DNA of 64,000 nt from Escherichia coli (GCF_045037415.1 NZ_CP173438.1); one strand, 5' to 3'. Shown: positions 11,038 to 23,801, counted from the stretch's first letter. The notes: generated from the letters alone by a model not told the origin. Program-made: numbers and translations.

Positions 11038-12336
11038 TTAATGTTGCGGTGCGGGATCGTTATGTGATTCCTGCGCCACCTCAATCGCTGGTTTGTTCTG
11101 CAACACGGTCCAGATAACCAGCGCACCTAACAGGTCGAACACTGCCAGAACTGCGAACAGCGGGCTGAAGCCGATGGTGTCAGCCAGTGCACCGACTACC
11201 AGTGCAAACAGCGTACTTGCCAGCCATGCGGACATCCCGGTTAAACCGTTCGCCGTCGCCACTTCGTTACGACCGAACACGTCAGACGAGAGCGTAATCA
11301 GTGCGCCAGACAGTGCCTGGTGAGCAAAACCACCGATACACAGCAGCATAATCGCGACATACGGGTTGGTGAACAGACCGATCATACCCGGGCCAATCAT
11401 CAGCACCGCACCCAGCGTTACGACCATCTTACGGGAAACGATCAGGTTCACACCAAACCAACGCTGGAACAGTGGTGGCAGGTAACCACCGAGGATACAA
11501 CCGAGGTCAGCAAACAGCATCGGCATCCAGGCAAACATCGCGATCTCTTTCAGGTTAAAGCCGTAAACTTTAAACATGAACAGCGGGATCCACGCGTTAA
11601 AAGTACCCCATGCCGGTTCTGCCAGGAAGCGCGGCAGCGCGATACCCCAGAACTGACGGTTACGCAGGATCTGACCAACGGACATTTTCTTCGCTGTGTC
11701 AACCTGGTGCTGGGCTTCCTGACCATTAATAATGTAGTCGCGTTCTTCATCGGTCAGATGTTTCTGGTCGCGCGGATGCTTGTAGAAAATCAGCCATGCC
11801 ATCGCCCAGATAAAGCTCAACGCACCGGAGATGATAAATGCCATCTGCCAGCTGTGCATCACGATTGCCCATACCACCAGCGGCGGCGCAATCATCGCAC
11901 CAATCGAAGAACCTACGTTAAAGTAACCTACCGCGATGGAACGCTCTTTTGCCGGGAACCATTCGGAGCTGGCTTTCAGACCCGCCGGAATCATCGCGGC
12001 TTCCGCGGCACCGACCGCACCACGAGCAACCGCCAGGCCACCCCAACTACCTGCCAGCGCGGTTGCACCACAGAACACGGCCCACAGTACAGCAAACATT
12101 GCATAACCGATTTTCGTACCCAGCACATCCAGTACATAACCCGCTACCGGTTGCATGACCGTATAAGCAGCAGAATACGCTGCGATGATATAGGAATACT
12201 GTTGGGTGGAGATGTTTAACTCTTCCATCAGAGTTGGCGCAGCTGCCGCCACAGTGTTACGCGTCAGGTAACCAAGCACGGTGCCGAGCGTCACCAGTGC
12301 GATCATATACCAACGTAACCCTTTAATTTTACGCAT
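11038..12336 (-). CDS. exuT: hexuronate:H+ symporter ExuT (MFS)
   Basis: ORF ..MRKIKGLRWYMIALVTLGTVLGYLTRNTVAAAAPTLMEE..; start at MRKIK gives 432 aa. Confidence 0.92.
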   Translation of the reverse strand: MRKIKGLRWYMIALVTLGTVLGYLTRNTVAAAAPTLMEELNISTQQYSYIIAAYSAAYTVMQPVAGYVLDVLGTKIGYAMFAVLWAVFCGATALAGSWGGLAVARGAVGAAEAAMIPAGLKASSEWFPAKERSIAVGYFNVGSSIGAMIAPPLVVWAIVMHSWQMAFIISGALSFIWAMAWLIFYKHPRDQKHLTDEERDYIINGQEAQHQVDTAKKMSVGQILRNRQFWGIALPRFLAEPAWGTFNAWIPLFMFKVYGFNLKEIAMFAWMPMLFADLGCILGGYLPPLFQRWFGVNLIVSRKMVVTLGAVLMIGPGMIGLFTNPYVAIMLLCIGGFAHQALSGALITLSSDVFGRNEVATANGLTGMSAWLASTLFALVVGALADTIGFSPLFAVLAVFDLLGALVIWTVLQNKPAIEVAQESHNDPAPQH

Positions 12337-12559
12337 GTAAAACCTCATCGTTTTGTTATATCCGCAGGAAGCGCGGCCATCATCCCGCCAGAGGCTGAAG
12401 ATGTTAGTTACGACCGGGTAACCGAAAAAAAACCGGCACGCCCCGAACGTTGCCATGAAAGTTTCGTGCTAATTCGGCTTCCGTACCGGTTAACCCGATT
12501 CATCTAACAAATGAATGAATCGGCAATTTGCATTCCGTCGACTTATGATTTGCGACGGC

Positions 12560-14231
<1,672 letters not shown>

Positions 14232-14245
14232 GGTCTGGGGTTGAT

Positions 14246-15733
14246 ATGCAATACATCAAGATCCATGCGCTGGATAACGTCGCGGTTGCTTTAGCGGATT
14301 TGGCTGAAGGCACAGAAGTCAGTGTCGATAACCAGACTGTTACGCTGCGCCAGGATGTTGCTCGTGGACATAAATTTGCGTTAACGGATATCGCAAAAGG
14401 GGCCAACGTCATTAAATATGGCCTGCCGATTGGTTATGCATTGGCGGATATTGCGGCGGGGGAACACGTTCACGCCCACAATACGCGCACGAATCTGAGC
14501 GATCTGGATCAGTATCGCTATCAACCTGATTTTCAGGATCTGCCTGCGCAAGCGGCAGATCGTGAAGTGCAGATCTATCGTCGCGCTAACGGTGATGTCG
14601 GGGTGCGTAATGAGCTGTGGATCCTGCCAACCGTGGGCTGTGTCAACGGCATCGCGCGGCAGATCCAAAATCGTTTCCTGAAAGAGACCAACAACGCTGA
14701 AGGTACCGACGGCGTGTTCCTCTTCAGCCACACCTACGGCTGCTCACAACTGGGCGACGATCACATCAATACCCGCACCATGCTGCAAAACATGGTGCGC
14801 CACCCGAACGCGGGCGCAGTGCTGGTGATTGGTCTGGGTTGCGAAAATAACCAGGTTGCCGCATTCCGTGAAACGTTGGGCGATATCGATCCTGAACGCG
14901 TTCATTTCATGATCTGCCAACAGCAGGATGATGAAATCGAGGCCGGGATCGCGCATTTGCATCAGCTGTATAGCGTGATGCGCAACGATAAACGCGAGCC
15001 GGGCAAACTCAGCGAACTGAAGTTTGGTCTGGAGTGCGGTGGTTCTGACGGTCTTTCTGGTATTACTGCTAACCCGATGCTGGGGCGTTTCTCTGACTAC
15101 GTGATTGCTAACGGCGGTACTACCGTACTGACCGAAGTGCCGGAGATGTTTGGCGCAGAGCAGTTGCTGATGGACCATTGCCGCGACGAAGCAACGTTTG
15201 AAAAACTGGTCACCATGGTCAATGACTTCAAGCAGTACTTTATTGCCCATGACCAGCCGATCTACGAAAACCCATCACCGGGGAACAAAGCAGGCGGTAT
15301 CACCACGCTGGAAGATAAATCGCTTGGCTGTACCCAGAAAGCGGGTTCCAGTGTCGTGGTTGACGTGCTGCGTTACGGCGAGCGTCTGAAAACGCCGGGG
15401 CTGAACTTGTTAAGTGCGCCGGGTAACGATGCCGTAGCGACCAGCGCCCTGGCGGGTGCGGGCTGCCATATGGTGCTGTTCAGTACTGGTCGTGGCACGC
15501 CGTATGGTGGATTTGTGCCGACGGTGAAAATCGCCACCAACAGTGAACTGGCGGCGAAGAAAAAACACTGGATCGACTTTGACGCGGGTCAGCTGATCCA
15601 CGGTAAAGCGATGCCGCAGTTGCTGGAAGAATTTATCGACACCATCGTTGAGTTTGCCAACGGTAAGCAAACCTGTAACGAGCGTAACGACTTCCGCGAA
15701 CTGGCGATCTTTAAAAGCGGCGTAACGCTATAA
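14246..15733 (+). CDS. uxaA: altronate dehydratase UxaA
   Basis: 495-aa ORF MQYIKIHALDNVAVALADLAEGTEV...; 14 bp after uxaC. Confidence 0.93.
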   Translation: MQYIKIHALDNVAVALADLAEGTEVSVDNQTVTLRQDVARGHKFALTDIAKGANVIKYGLPIGYALADIAAGEHVHAHNTRTNLSDLDQYRYQPDFQDLPAQAADREVQIYRRANGDVGVRNELWILPTVGCVNGIARQIQNRFLKETNNAEGTDGVFLFSHTYGCSQLGDDHINTRTMLQNMVRHPNAGAVLVIGLGCENNQVAAFRETLGDIDPERVHFMICQQQDDEIEAGIAHLHQLYSVMRNDKREPGKLSELKFGLECGGSDGLSGITANPMLGRFSDYVIANGGTTVLTEVPEMFGAEQLLMDHCRDEATFEKLVTMVNDFKQYFIAHDQPIYENPSPGNKAGGITTLEDKSLGCTQKAGSSVVVDVLRYGERLKTPGLNLLSAPGNDAVATSALAGAGCHMVLFSTGRGTPYGGFVPTVKIATNSELAAKKKHWIDFDAGQLIHGKAMPQLLEEFIDTIVEFANGKQTCNERNDFRELAIFKSGVTL

Positions 15734-15745
15734 AGTCGAAATGAG

Positions 15746-15790
15746 TTGTTAATAAAAAACGGCGTTTCATAATGTGAAGCGCCGTTTGCT
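15746..15790 (+). terminator. intrinsic terminator after uxaCA
   Basis: aacggcg-N-cgccgtt inverted repeat followed by tgctttt. Confidence 0.55.
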
Positions 15791-15815
15791 TTTCCATACC
15801 TGCTAAGGATTTATC

Positions 15816-16367
15816 ATGACCGCGTATTGGCTGGCCCAGGGCGTGGGTGTCATCGCCTTTCTGATTGGTATCACAACATTTTTCAATCGTGACGAACGTC
15901 GCTTCAAAAAGCAACTTTCGGTCTATAGCGCCGTTATTGGCGTACATTTTTTTCTTCTGGGCACCTATCCTGCCGGTGCCAGTGCCATCCTTAATGCCAT
16001 TCGTACATTGATTACCTTACGCACGCGCAGCTTATGGGTAATGGCGATTTTTATTGTGCTGACTGGCGGAATTGGCCTCGCGAAGTTCCATCATCCTGTT
16101 GAACTATTGCCGGTAATCGGCACGATTGTCAGTACCTGGGCGCTGTTCCGCTGTAAAGGGCTGACCATGCGCTGCGTAATGTGGTTTTCAACGTGTTGCT
16201 GGGTGATTCACAACTTCTGGGCGGGGTCGATAGGCGGCACGATGATTGAAGGCAGTTTTCTGCTGATGAATGGCCTGAATATCATTCGTTTCTGGCGTAT
16301 GCAGAGAAGGGGAATTGATCCGTTTAAAGTGGAGAAAACCCCTTCCGCCGTAGACGAAAGGGGCTAA
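15816..16367 (+). CDS. ygjV: inner-membrane protein YgjV
   Basis: 183-aa polytopic membrane ORF MTAYWLAQGVGVIAFLIGITTFFNRDERRFKK... Confidence 0.85.
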   Translation: MTAYWLAQGVGVIAFLIGITTFFNRDERRFKKQLSVYSAVIGVHFFLLGTYPAGASAILNAIRTLITLRTRSLWVMAIFIVLTGGIGLAKFHHPVELLPVIGTIVSTWALFRCKGLTMRCVMWFSTCCWVIHNFWAGSIGGTMIEGSFLLMNGLNIIRFWRMQRRGIDPFKVEKTPSAVDERG

Positions 16368-16370
16368 GTA

Positions 16371-17615
16371 TTAGTTACGCAGGGCGCTATTTGCCAGACG
16401 ATCGTCTTCCGCCTGGCAAGCTGCCGCAGTGAACAGCACGTCAGTTGACGAGTTCAGCGCGGTTTCACAGGAGTCCTGCAATACGCCGATAATAAAGCCG
16501 ACAGCAACCACCTGCATGGCGATATCGTTCGAAATACCGAACATATTACAGGCCAGTGGGATCAGCAACAGAGATCCCCCCGCCACGCCGGATGCGCCAC
16601 AGGCACACAGAGAAGCCACTACGCTCAACAGCAGCGCTGTGGGCAGATCAACCGGAATACCCAGCGTATTAACTGCAGCCAGCGTCAACACGGTAATGGT
16701 GATTGCTGCGCCCGCCATATTGATGGTGGCTCCCAGCGGAATAGAAACGGAATAGGTATCGCGATCCAGATTCAGCTTTTCACACAGCGCCATATTCACC
16801 GGAATGTTCGCCGCAGAGCTGCGGGTGAAGAAGGCATACACGCCGCTTTCGCGCAGGCACAGCAGCACCAGCGGGAACGGGTTACGACGAATTTTCCACC
16901 ACACCAGCAAGGGGTTAACCACCAGCGCCACCAGTAACATACAGCCAACCAACACGACCAGCAGTTGCGCGTAGCCCCACAGCGTGGAGAAACCGGTGGT
17001 TGCCAGGGTAGAAGAAACCAGACCAAAAATACCGATCGGTGCGAAGCGAATCACCAGTTTCACCATAAAGGTGACGGCATTCGACATATCGTTGACCAGG
17101 TTTTTGGTGGTTTCGTTACCGTGACGCAGTGCGAAACCGAGGCCAATTGCCCACACCAGGATCCCGATGTAGTTACCTTTCAGCAGCGCATCAATGGGGT
17201 TGGAAACCATGCTCATAACCAGCCCGCGCATCACTTCTACAATGCCTGACGGCGGCGAAATATCACCCGCGCTACTGGACAAGTGCAGGGTAGAAGGGAA
17301 GGCAAAACTGAAGATTACTGCGGCCAGAGCAGCAGAGAAGGTGCCCAGCAGATAGAGGAACAAAATAGGGCGGATATTGGTTTTCTGCCCGTGCTGGTGG
17401 TTAGCAATAGATGCCATTACCAGCATCAACACCAGGATGGGGGCAACGGCTTTCAGTGCGCCGACGAACAAAGTACCTAACAGACCAACAGCTTCCGCCG
17501 CGGGTTTTGAGATCCATGCCAGAAGAATCCCCAGTATAAGGCCGACCAGGATTTGTTTTACCAGGCTGCCATGAGTCAGACGCCGGAATAGCCCCGGTGA
17601 ATGTTGCGTAGTCAT
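16371..17615 (-). CDS. sstT: Na+/serine-threonine symporter SstT
   Basis: 414-aa [37 protein letters not shown]...; convergent with ygjV, 3-bp gap. Confidence 0.92.
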   Translation of the reverse strand: MTTQHSPGLFRRLTHGSLVKQILVGLILGILLAWISKPAAEAVGLLGTLFVGALKAVAPILVLMLVMASIANHQHGQKTNIRPILFLYLLGTFSAALAAVIFSFAFPSTLHLSSSAGDISPPSGIVEVMRGLVMSMVSNPIDALLKGNYIGILVWAIGLGFALRHGNETTKNLVNDMSNAVTFMVKLVIRFAPIGIFGLVSSTLATTGFSTLWGYAQLLVVLVGCMLLVALVVNPLLVWWKIRRNPFPLVLLCLRESGVYAFFTRSSAANIPVNMALCEKLNLDRDTYSVSIPLGATINMAGAAITITVLTLAAVNTLGIPVDLPTALLLSVVASLCACGASGVAGGSLLLIPLACNMFGISNDIAMQVVAVGFIIGVLQDSCETALNSSTDVLFTAAACQAEDDRLANSALRN

Positions 17616-17938
17616 TTTTCGATCCTTTCATTGTGTTGTCGCACATCCCTGGTGCGTTCTGTCGACGCATCTTTCAGGATGTAACAAAGTGTTTGCAAGG
17701 TCGAGTATAAGGAAAGTTACAGCTTCGGGAAGCGAAATATGCTGGATTTTAAGGAGAAGTCATATTTCGCAACTTAATGGTTACATTTGTTTGACATGAA
17801 AATAAAGCCCAACGTGCGGCTTCCAGACTGATGACAACGTCAAAAAAGTACTCGGTCAGTCCCCTCGCCCCTTTTGGGGAGAGGGAGAAAACGGTGCTCA
17901 TGTGGATGACAGGGTACACGGCTTAGGCAGATTAAAAA

Positions 17939-18904
17939 TCATCCAACCCGCTGCTTATCATGCCGATAATTCACCCAGGCGTTGATAATAAACGTCATCA
18001 CCAGAATGCCAAACACCACGCCCAGCGAGACGGCGATCGGAATATGGTAGAAGTCGACAATCAGCATCTTGATACCGATAAACACCAGAATCACCGCCAG
18101 ACCATATTTGAGCATCGAGAAACGCTCTGCCACACCTGCCAGCAGGAAATACATCGCACGCAGGCCGAGGATCGCAAACAGGTTTGAGGTCAGCACAATA
18201 AACGGATCGGTGGTCACGGCGAAGATAGCCGGAATACTATCCACGGCGAAAATCACGTCGCTCAACTCCACCAGAATCAGCACCAGCATCAGCGGCGTGG
18301 CATACAACAAACCATTCTTACGCACAAAGAAATGCTCGTTGTCGATGGTGTCGGTCATGCGCAAATGACCGCGCAGCCAGCGCACCAGCGGCTTGTCGCC
18401 AATGCCTGATTCATCTTCATGGGCGAGCGCCATCTTCACGCCGGTAAACAGCAGGAAGGCACCGAAGATATACAAGATCCAGTCGAACTGTGAAATCAGC
18501 CAGCTACCAGTGAAGATCATGATGGTACGCAGAACAATCGCCCCGAGTACGCCATACACCAGCACGCGGCGTTGTAATGCCGCCGGAACAGAGAAATAGC
18601 TGAACAACATCAGCCAGACAAAGACGTTATCGACCGCCAGCGATTTCTCAATCAGATAACCCGTGAGAAAGGCCAGTGCCTGTGGATCGGCAACGGCGCG
18701 ACCTTCGGTTTGCACCAGATACCACCAGAAAGCGGCGTTAAACAGTAACGACAGCGTCACCCAGACCAGCGACCAGGCCGCAGCCTGTTTCATGGTCATG
18801 GCATGTGCCCCACGACGCCCCTGCAACAACAGGTCGATAGCCAGCATAATGGTGACAACAACAGCGAATCCGCCCCATAGCAACGGCGTGCCGACAGTAT
18901 TCAT
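17939..18904 (-). CDS. alx: TerC-family membrane protein Alx (YgjT)
   Basis: 321-aa [32 protein letters not shown]... Confidence 0.9.
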   Translation of the reverse strand: MNTVGTPLLWGGFAVVVTIMLAIDLLLQGRRGAHAMTMKQAAAWSLVWVTLSLLFNAAFWWYLVQTEGRAVADPQALAFLTGYLIEKSLAVDNVFVWLMLFSYFSVPAALQRRVLVYGVLGAIVLRTIMIFTGSWLISQFDWILYIFGAFLLFTGVKMALAHEDESGIGDKPLVRWLRGHLRMTDTIDNEHFFVRKNGLLYATPLMLVLILVELSDVIFAVDSIPAIFAVTTDPFIVLTSNLFAILGLRAMYFLLAGVAERFSMLKYGLAVILVFIGIKMLIVDFYHIPIAVSLGVVFGILVMTFIINAWVNYRHDKQRVG

Positions 18905-19170
18905 AGAAGTTCCTTACACATAAAAAAACGGCCAACGTCGGAAGACGTCAGCCGCTGCTTTTTATGCATAGACCTCGCCTTCCGGCAAGGTCTCACTTAC
19001 AACAAAAAAGGAATACGTCTGCGTATTCCTTTCGGGTTGCCCGGTGACCGGATGTGGTTTTTCACACACCGTAATGACGATCGACCGACAATGAAGTTAC
19101 TCCCCTTTGCAGGTAACAAAGTATGACAGACCATTCAGTCAGTCAATGGTCTGTTACATACCTTTTACAC
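18905..19170 (-). promoter_or_regulatory. alx 5' leader (pH-responsive RNA element, sRNA SraF region); extent approximate
   Basis: About 280-nt untranslated gap between ygjR stop and alx start with GC-rich paired segments; perfect TATAAT on minus strand at 19177-19182; identity from established knowledge of the alx leader. Confidence 0.5.
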
Positions 19171-19186
19171 TGTTTTACTTTGGCAA

Positions 19187-20173
19187 TTATAGTTTTACGT
19201 TATCTGCCGGAAAAATCACCCCAGTCTGGCGGCGGATCTCAGTCAGCAGTTTGGCGGTGATACGACTGACCGCCAGCCCTGGATGATTCACCAGATGCTC
19301 ATCCACCAGGGTAGCGAACAGCTCTGCTTCGTAGAGCATGGTATTAATATGCTGTGGCTGGGTGAGATCCTGCATCTGGCTGCCACGCGGTACAAAGCAG
19401 ACTTTCTGGCATTCAGAGAGTTTTTCAATCACCAGCGATCCCGCTTCGCCCTGAATCTCGCTTGCCAGGACAGAATCGCTCACTTTTGAGTGCTGCAACG
19501 TAACGCTGAAATCACCGTAATCCATCACCACCACGCCGTGGGCATCCACACCGCTTGCCAGCAAACTGGCGGTTGCCTGCACGCTTTTCGGTTCACCGAA
19601 TAATGCCACCGCCGACGCCAGGCAGTAAAAGCCGATATCCATAATCGAACCGTTGGAGAATGCCGGATTGAAGGTGTTGGGATTCTCTCCGTCCAGGTAA
19701 CGCTGATACCGCGAGGAATACTGGCAATAGTTGAAAAAGACTTTACGCAGTTTGCCGACTTTCGGCAGCGCCTGGCGTAACAGATGAAAGTTCGGCAGGT
19801 AGGCCGTTTTAAATGCCTCAAACAGCACCACCTGATTTTCCCGCGCACAGGCAATGGCGGCATCCACTTCCGCCTGATTCGACGCCAGTGGCTTCTCGCA
19901 AATCACATGAATTTTGTGACTAAGGAAAAGTTGTGTCTGGGAAAAGTGCAGGGAATTTGGGCTGGCAATATACACCGCGTCAATGGCATCGCTTTCTGCC
20001 ATCGCTTCCAGCGACGTAAACAGATGCTCGACAGAAAAATCATTGGCGAAGTGCTGGGCCTGTTCAAGGCTGCGGGAATAGACGGCGGTTAACTTGTATT
20101 TACCGCTCTCATGGGCGGCCTCGACGAACTGGCGAGTGATCCAGTTCGTACCAATCACAGCGAAACGTATCAT
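19187..20173 (-). CDS. ygjR: Gfo/Idh/MocA-family NAD(P)-dependent oxidoreductase YgjR
   Basis: ORF ..MIRFAVIGTNWITRQFVEAAHESGKYKLTAVYSRS..; start at MIRFAV gives 328 aa. Confidence 0.88.
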   Translation of the reverse strand: MIRFAVIGTNWITRQFVEAAHESGKYKLTAVYSRSLEQAQHFANDFSVEHLFTSLEAMAESDAIDAVYIASPNSLHFSQTQLFLSHKIHVICEKPLASNQAEVDAAIACARENQVVLFEAFKTAYLPNFHLLRQALPKVGKLRKVFFNYCQYSSRYQRYLDGENPNTFNPAFSNGSIMDIGFYCLASAVALFGEPKSVQATASLLASGVDAHGVVVMDYGDFSVTLQHSKVSDSVLASEIQGEAGSLVIEKLSECQKVCFVPRGSQMQDLTQPQHINTMLYEAELFATLVDEHLVNHPGLAVSRITAKLLTEIRRQTGVIFPADNVKL

Positions 20174-20251
20174 AACGCGTGGATACTCCATAAAGGGATT
20201 CTGTCGTCACTGTAGCACGCCTTTTTTATCTTCGACGTGCGCAGATACGCA

Positions 20252-20944
20252 TTATTCTTTTGCCGGACAGCCATGCTCACTAAACGGCCCAATCATAACC
20301 AACGGCCCGAGATATTTCGGCTGGCGATGGAGGATTTTCGCATCAATCACCGCGCTGACTCTGGCAAGTTTTTCCCGCAGTTGAGTATATAAACCGTGCT
20401 TCATATTCAGGTCTGGCGCGTTAAAACCGATAGCATCGATACCATACTGTTTTGCCAGCCAGATGGCGCGTTGGTTATGAAATTCTTGCGAGATAATGGT
20501 GATATGGTTTTCACTAAACACCTTGTTGGCACGCACCACCGAATCAAGCGTTGAGAATCCGGCATAGTCGCAGAAGATGGCTTTTGCCGGTACGCCTTTA
20601 GCGATCAAGGCTTGCTGCATTCCTGACGCTTCATCGTAATTTTTACGTCCATTATCGCCGCTCACCAATAGCCATTTCACTTTTCCGGCGTGGTACAACT
20701 CTGCGGCGCTATCAATACGTCGGGTAAAGTAGCGATTACCCGGCCTCGCCCCCAGCAATAAACCCACGTTCCGCGCCGGAACGGCGTTGACATCACTCCA
20801 GGTCAGCTGCTTGCTGGCGTTGACCATAACGCGATCGGCAATAAAAATGGTCGCTCCTGCTATAAGCAACAATAAACAGCCAATTTTAAGAGTCCGGCGA
20901 GAAAAACAAATACGAAGAAGAAGGCGGGCAAATGCGCGCAGCAT
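20252..20944 (-). CDS. ygjQ: DUF218 (SanA/YdcF-like) membrane-anchored protein YgjQ
   Basis: 230-aa [41 protein letters not shown]... Confidence 0.85.
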   Translation of the reverse strand: MLRAFARLLLRICFSRRTLKIGCLLLLIAGATIFIADRVMVNASKQLTWSDVNAVPARNVGLLLGARPGNRYFTRRIDSAAELYHAGKVKWLLVSGDNGRKNYDEASGMQQALIAKGVPAKAIFCDYAGFSTLDSVVRANKVFSENHITIISQEFHNQRAIWLAKQYGIDAIGFNAPDLNMKHGLYTQLREKLARVSAVIDAKILHRQPKYLGPLVMIGPFSEHGCPAKE

Positions 20945-21020
20945 GGTCGTTATCCTTAACGAAAGGGAGGAGATCGATTTTAGGCGCTAAAGGAGGAAAA
21001 AATAACGCCTGACATCATTT

Positions 21021-21524
21021 TCAGATTTTGTCCTGCCCAAGCGACAACTGCGTTAGCCACAGCCGGGTGTCGAACTCAAGCTGGTGGTACTGCGGTTCCA
21101 TATGACAGCACAACTGGTAAAACGCTTTGTTATGCTCTTTCTCCTTCAGGTGCGCCAGCTCGTGCACCACGATCATGCGCAAAAACGGTTCCGGCGCGTT
21201 GCGAAACACGGTAGCGACGCGGATCTCTGCTTTTGCTTTCAGCTTGCCGCCCTGCACACGCGAAACGGCAGTATGTAACCCGAGCGCGTTTTTCAGCACG
21301 TGGATCTTATTGTCATACATCACTTTATTGATCGGCGGGGCATTGCGCAGAAACTGATTTTTAAGATCCTGAGTATATTGCCAGAGGGCTTTATCGGTGG
21401 CGTAGTCGTGTGTTCCCGGATAACGTTTTGCCAGCACATCGCCCAGACGCTGTTCGTTAATCAGCGTTCGCACCTGGGAAAGTAGCTGCTCGGGATAACC
21501 CTGAAGATAAGTAAGATTGCTCAT
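21021..21524 (-). CDS. ygjP: metal-dependent hydrolase YgjP (HExxH, DUF45/WLM-like)
   Basis: ..[27 protein letters not shown].. with [11 protein letters not shown] motif; start at MSNLTYL gives 167 aa. Confidence 0.85.
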   Translation of the reverse strand: MSNLTYLQGYPEQLLSQVRTLINEQRLGDVLAKRYPGTHDYATDKALWQYTQDLKNQFLRNAPPINKVMYDNKIHVLKNALGLHTAVSRVQGGKLKAKAEIRVATVFRNAPEPFLRMIVVHELAHLKEKEHNKAFYQLCCHMEPQYHQLEFDTRLWLTQLSLGQDKI

Positions 21525-21608
21525 AACCGCCCACGAAAAAGAGAAAAAGGGTATACTCACGCACCCTTTTCAGGGGCAACGTCGAAATTTTATCATTCAG
21601 GAGGGCCG

Positions 21609-22745
21609 ATGAGCCACTTAGACAACGGTTTCCGTTCACTGACACTACAACGTTTTCCGGCGACGGATGACGTTAACCCGCTACAGGCGTGGGAAGCGGC
21701 GGATGAGTATTTGCTGCAACAGTTGGACGACACAGAAATCCGCGGCCCGGTGTTGATCCTGAATGATGCTTTTGGTGCGTTAAGCTGTGTGCTGGCGGAA
21801 CATAAGCCGTACAGCATTGGCGACTCATACATCAGTGAACTGGCCACGCGCGAGAATTTACGCCTCAACGGGATTGATGAGTCGAGCGTGAAGTTTCTCG
21901 ACAGCACCGCCGACTACCCGCAACAGCCGGGTGTGGTGCTGATCAAAGTGCCGAAAACACTGGCATTGCTGGAACAACAACTGCGCGCGCTGCGCAAAGT
22001 GGTCACGCCAGATACGCGCATTATTGCTGGTGCCAAAGCCCGTGACATTCACACTTCCACGCTGGAATTGTTCGAAAAAGTGCTCGGCCCGACCACCACC
22101 ACGCTGGCATGGAAGAAAGCGCGCCTGATTAACTGCACCTTCAACGAACCGCCGTTGGCCGATGCGCCGCAGACCGTTAGCTGGAAGCTGGAAGGTACTG
22201 ACTGGACTATCCACAACCATGCGAATGTCTTCTCCCGCACCGGGCTGGATATTGGCGCGCGCTTCTTTATGCAACATCTGCCAGAGAATCTCGAAGGTGA
22301 GATTGTCGATCTCGGTTGCGGTAATGGCGTTATTGGCCTGACATTGCTCGATAAAAACCCGCAGGCGAAAGTGGTGTTTGTCGATGAATCACCGATGGCG
22401 GTTGCTTCCAGCCGTTTGAACGTTGAAACCAACATGCCCGAGGCACTGGATCGCTGCGAGTTTATGATCAACAACGCGCTTTCCGGCGTGGAGCCTTTCC
22501 GTTTTAATGCTGTGCTCTGCAACCCGCCGTTTCATCAGCAACATGCGCTGACCGATAACGTCGCCTGGGAGATGTTCCACCACGCCCGCCGCTGCCTGAA
22601 AATCAACGGCGAGCTGTATATCGTTGCCAACCGTCACTTGGATTACTTCCATAAACTGAAGAAAATTTTCGGCAACTGCACCACCATCGCCACGAATAAT
22701 AAATTTGTGGTGCTGAAAGCAGTGAAGCTGGGGCGTCGTCGGTAA
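21609..22745 (+). CDS. rlmG: 23S rRNA m2G1835 methyltransferase RlmG (YgjO)
   Basis: 378-aa [40 protein letters not shown]... with [14 protein letters not shown] motif. Confidence 0.92.
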   Translation: MSHLDNGFRSLTLQRFPATDDVNPLQAWEAADEYLLQQLDDTEIRGPVLILNDAFGALSCVLAEHKPYSIGDSYISELATRENLRLNGIDESSVKFLDSTADYPQQPGVVLIKVPKTLALLEQQLRALRKVVTPDTRIIAGAKARDIHTSTLELFEKVLGPTTTTLAWKKARLINCTFNEPPLADAPQTVSWKLEGTDWTIHNHANVFSRTGLDIGARFFMQHLPENLEGEIVDLGCGNGVIGLTLLDKNPQAKVVFVDESPMAVASSRLNVETNMPEALDRCEFMINNALSGVEPFRFNAVLCNPPFHQQHALTDNVAWEMFHHARRCLKINGELYIVANRHLDYFHKLKKIFGNCTTIATNNKFVVLKAVKLGRRR

Positions 22746-22754
22746 GATTGAGGG

Positions 22755-22850
22755 TTACCTGCCGGATGCGGCGTAAACGCCTTATCCGGCATACGTTCAG
22801 CACATTACCCCCAGGTCGGATAAGACGCGGCAAGCGTCGCATCCGGCAAT
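22755..22850. repeat. BIME: two REP elements
   Basis: gccggatgcggcgtaaacgccttatccggc and gtcggataagacgcggcaagcgtcgcatccggc. Confidence 0.8.
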
Positions 22851-22968
22851 GTCTGCCCAGTTCTGGAATCGCGCTTCCATAAAACAAAAAATTCCTGTCA
22901 CCATCCTCTACATTCTCTTGTTTAGCGTTTTTCTACGTTTATTCTTCCGTCACACAGATAAATTCATT

Positions 22969-23017
22969 CGTTGCCAATCTGTCAACGGATGTTATCATAT
23001 TGCCAATTTGTCAACGG
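22969..23017 (+). promoter_or_regulatory. higBA promoter with two palindromic operator repeats
   Basis: CGTTGCCAATCTGTCAACGG (22969-22988) and ATTGCCAATTTGTCAACGG (22998-23017), each an inverted repeat, flanking gttatcat; directly upstream of higB ATG. Confidence 0.6.
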
Positions 23018-23029
23018 ACGTGATGAAGA

Positions 23030-23344
23030 ATGCACCTGATAACTCAAAAAGCATTGAAAGATGCTGCGGAAAAATACCCGCAACATAAAACGGAGTTGGT
23101 GGCTCTGGGGAACACGATTGCTAAGGGATATTTCAAAAAACCTGAGTCATTAAAAGCAGTATTCCCTTCTCTGGATAACTTCAAATATCTGGATAAGCAT
23201 TATGTTTTCAATGTCGGGGGCAATGAATTACGTGTTGTAGCAATGGTCTTTTTTGAATCGCAAAAGTGCTACATACGTGAAGTTATGACGCATAAAGAAT
23301 ACGATTTCTTTACCGCCGTTCATCGTACTAAGGGGAAAAAATGA
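23030..23344 (+). CDS. higB: HigB toxin (YgjN), ribosome-dependent mRNA interferase, RelE/ParE superfamily
   Basis: 104-aa ORF MHLITQKALKDAAEKYPQHKTELVALGNTIAKGYF...; toxin-first arrangement. Confidence 0.9.
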   Translation: MHLITQKALKDAAEKYPQHKTELVALGNTIAKGYFKKPESLKAVFPSLDNFKYLDKHYVFNVGGNELRVVAMVFFESQKCYIREVMTHKEYDFFTAVHRTKGKK

Positions 23345-23757
23345 TTGCGATTGCCGACATCTTGCAAGCAGGAGAAAAGCTAACTGCTGTGGCACCTTTT
23401 CTGGCGGGTATTCAGAACGAGGAACAATACACCCAGGCGCTGGAACTGGTAGATCATCTGCTGCTCAACGATCCTGAAAACCCCTTACTGGATCTGGTGT
23501 GTGCCAAAATAACCGCGTGGGAAGAATCAGCGCCCGAATTTGTGGAATTTAATGCCATGGCTCAAGCCATGCCTGGCGGTATAGCCGTGATTCGTACCCT
23601 TATGGATCAATATGGTTTAACCCTTTCCGATCTTCCGGAAATAGGCAGTAAATCGATGGTGTCACGCGTTTTGAGCGGGAAAAGGAAATTAACGCTGGAA
23701 CACGCTAAAAAACTGGCAACGCGATTCGGTATTTCTCCCGCCTTGTTTATTGATTAA
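23341..23757 (+). CDS. higA: HigA antitoxin (YgjM), HTH-XRE
   Basis: 138-aa ORF MIAIADILQAGEKLTAVAPFLAGIQNEEQYTQ...; 4-bp overlap with higB stop (ATGA). Confidence 0.9.
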   Translation: MIAIADILQAGEKLTAVAPFLAGIQNEEQYTQALELVDHLLLNDPENPLLDLVCAKITAWEESAPEFVEFNAMAQAMPGGIAVIRTLMDQYGLTLSDLPEIGSKSMVSRVLSGKRKLTLEHAKKLATRFGISPALFID

Positions 23758-23762
23758 CGCGA

Positions 23763-23787
23763 CGTGCCGGATGCGTCGCATCCGGCG
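23763..23787. repeat. REP element
   Basis: gtgccggatgcgtcgcatccggcgc. Confidence 0.75.
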
Positions 23788-23801
23788 CTTCAAACAACGA
23801 T

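Noticed and set aside
11320-12219. 299-aa plus-strand ORF antisense to exuT
   Set aside because: Arg/His/Thr-rich nonsense translation opposite a clear MFS transporter gene.
17850-17895. GC-rich hairpin gtcccctcgcccc-tttt-ggggagagggag between alx and sstT
   Set aside because: Could be a boxC/REP-like repeat or an alx terminator; I cannot tell which from sequence alone, so left unannotated.
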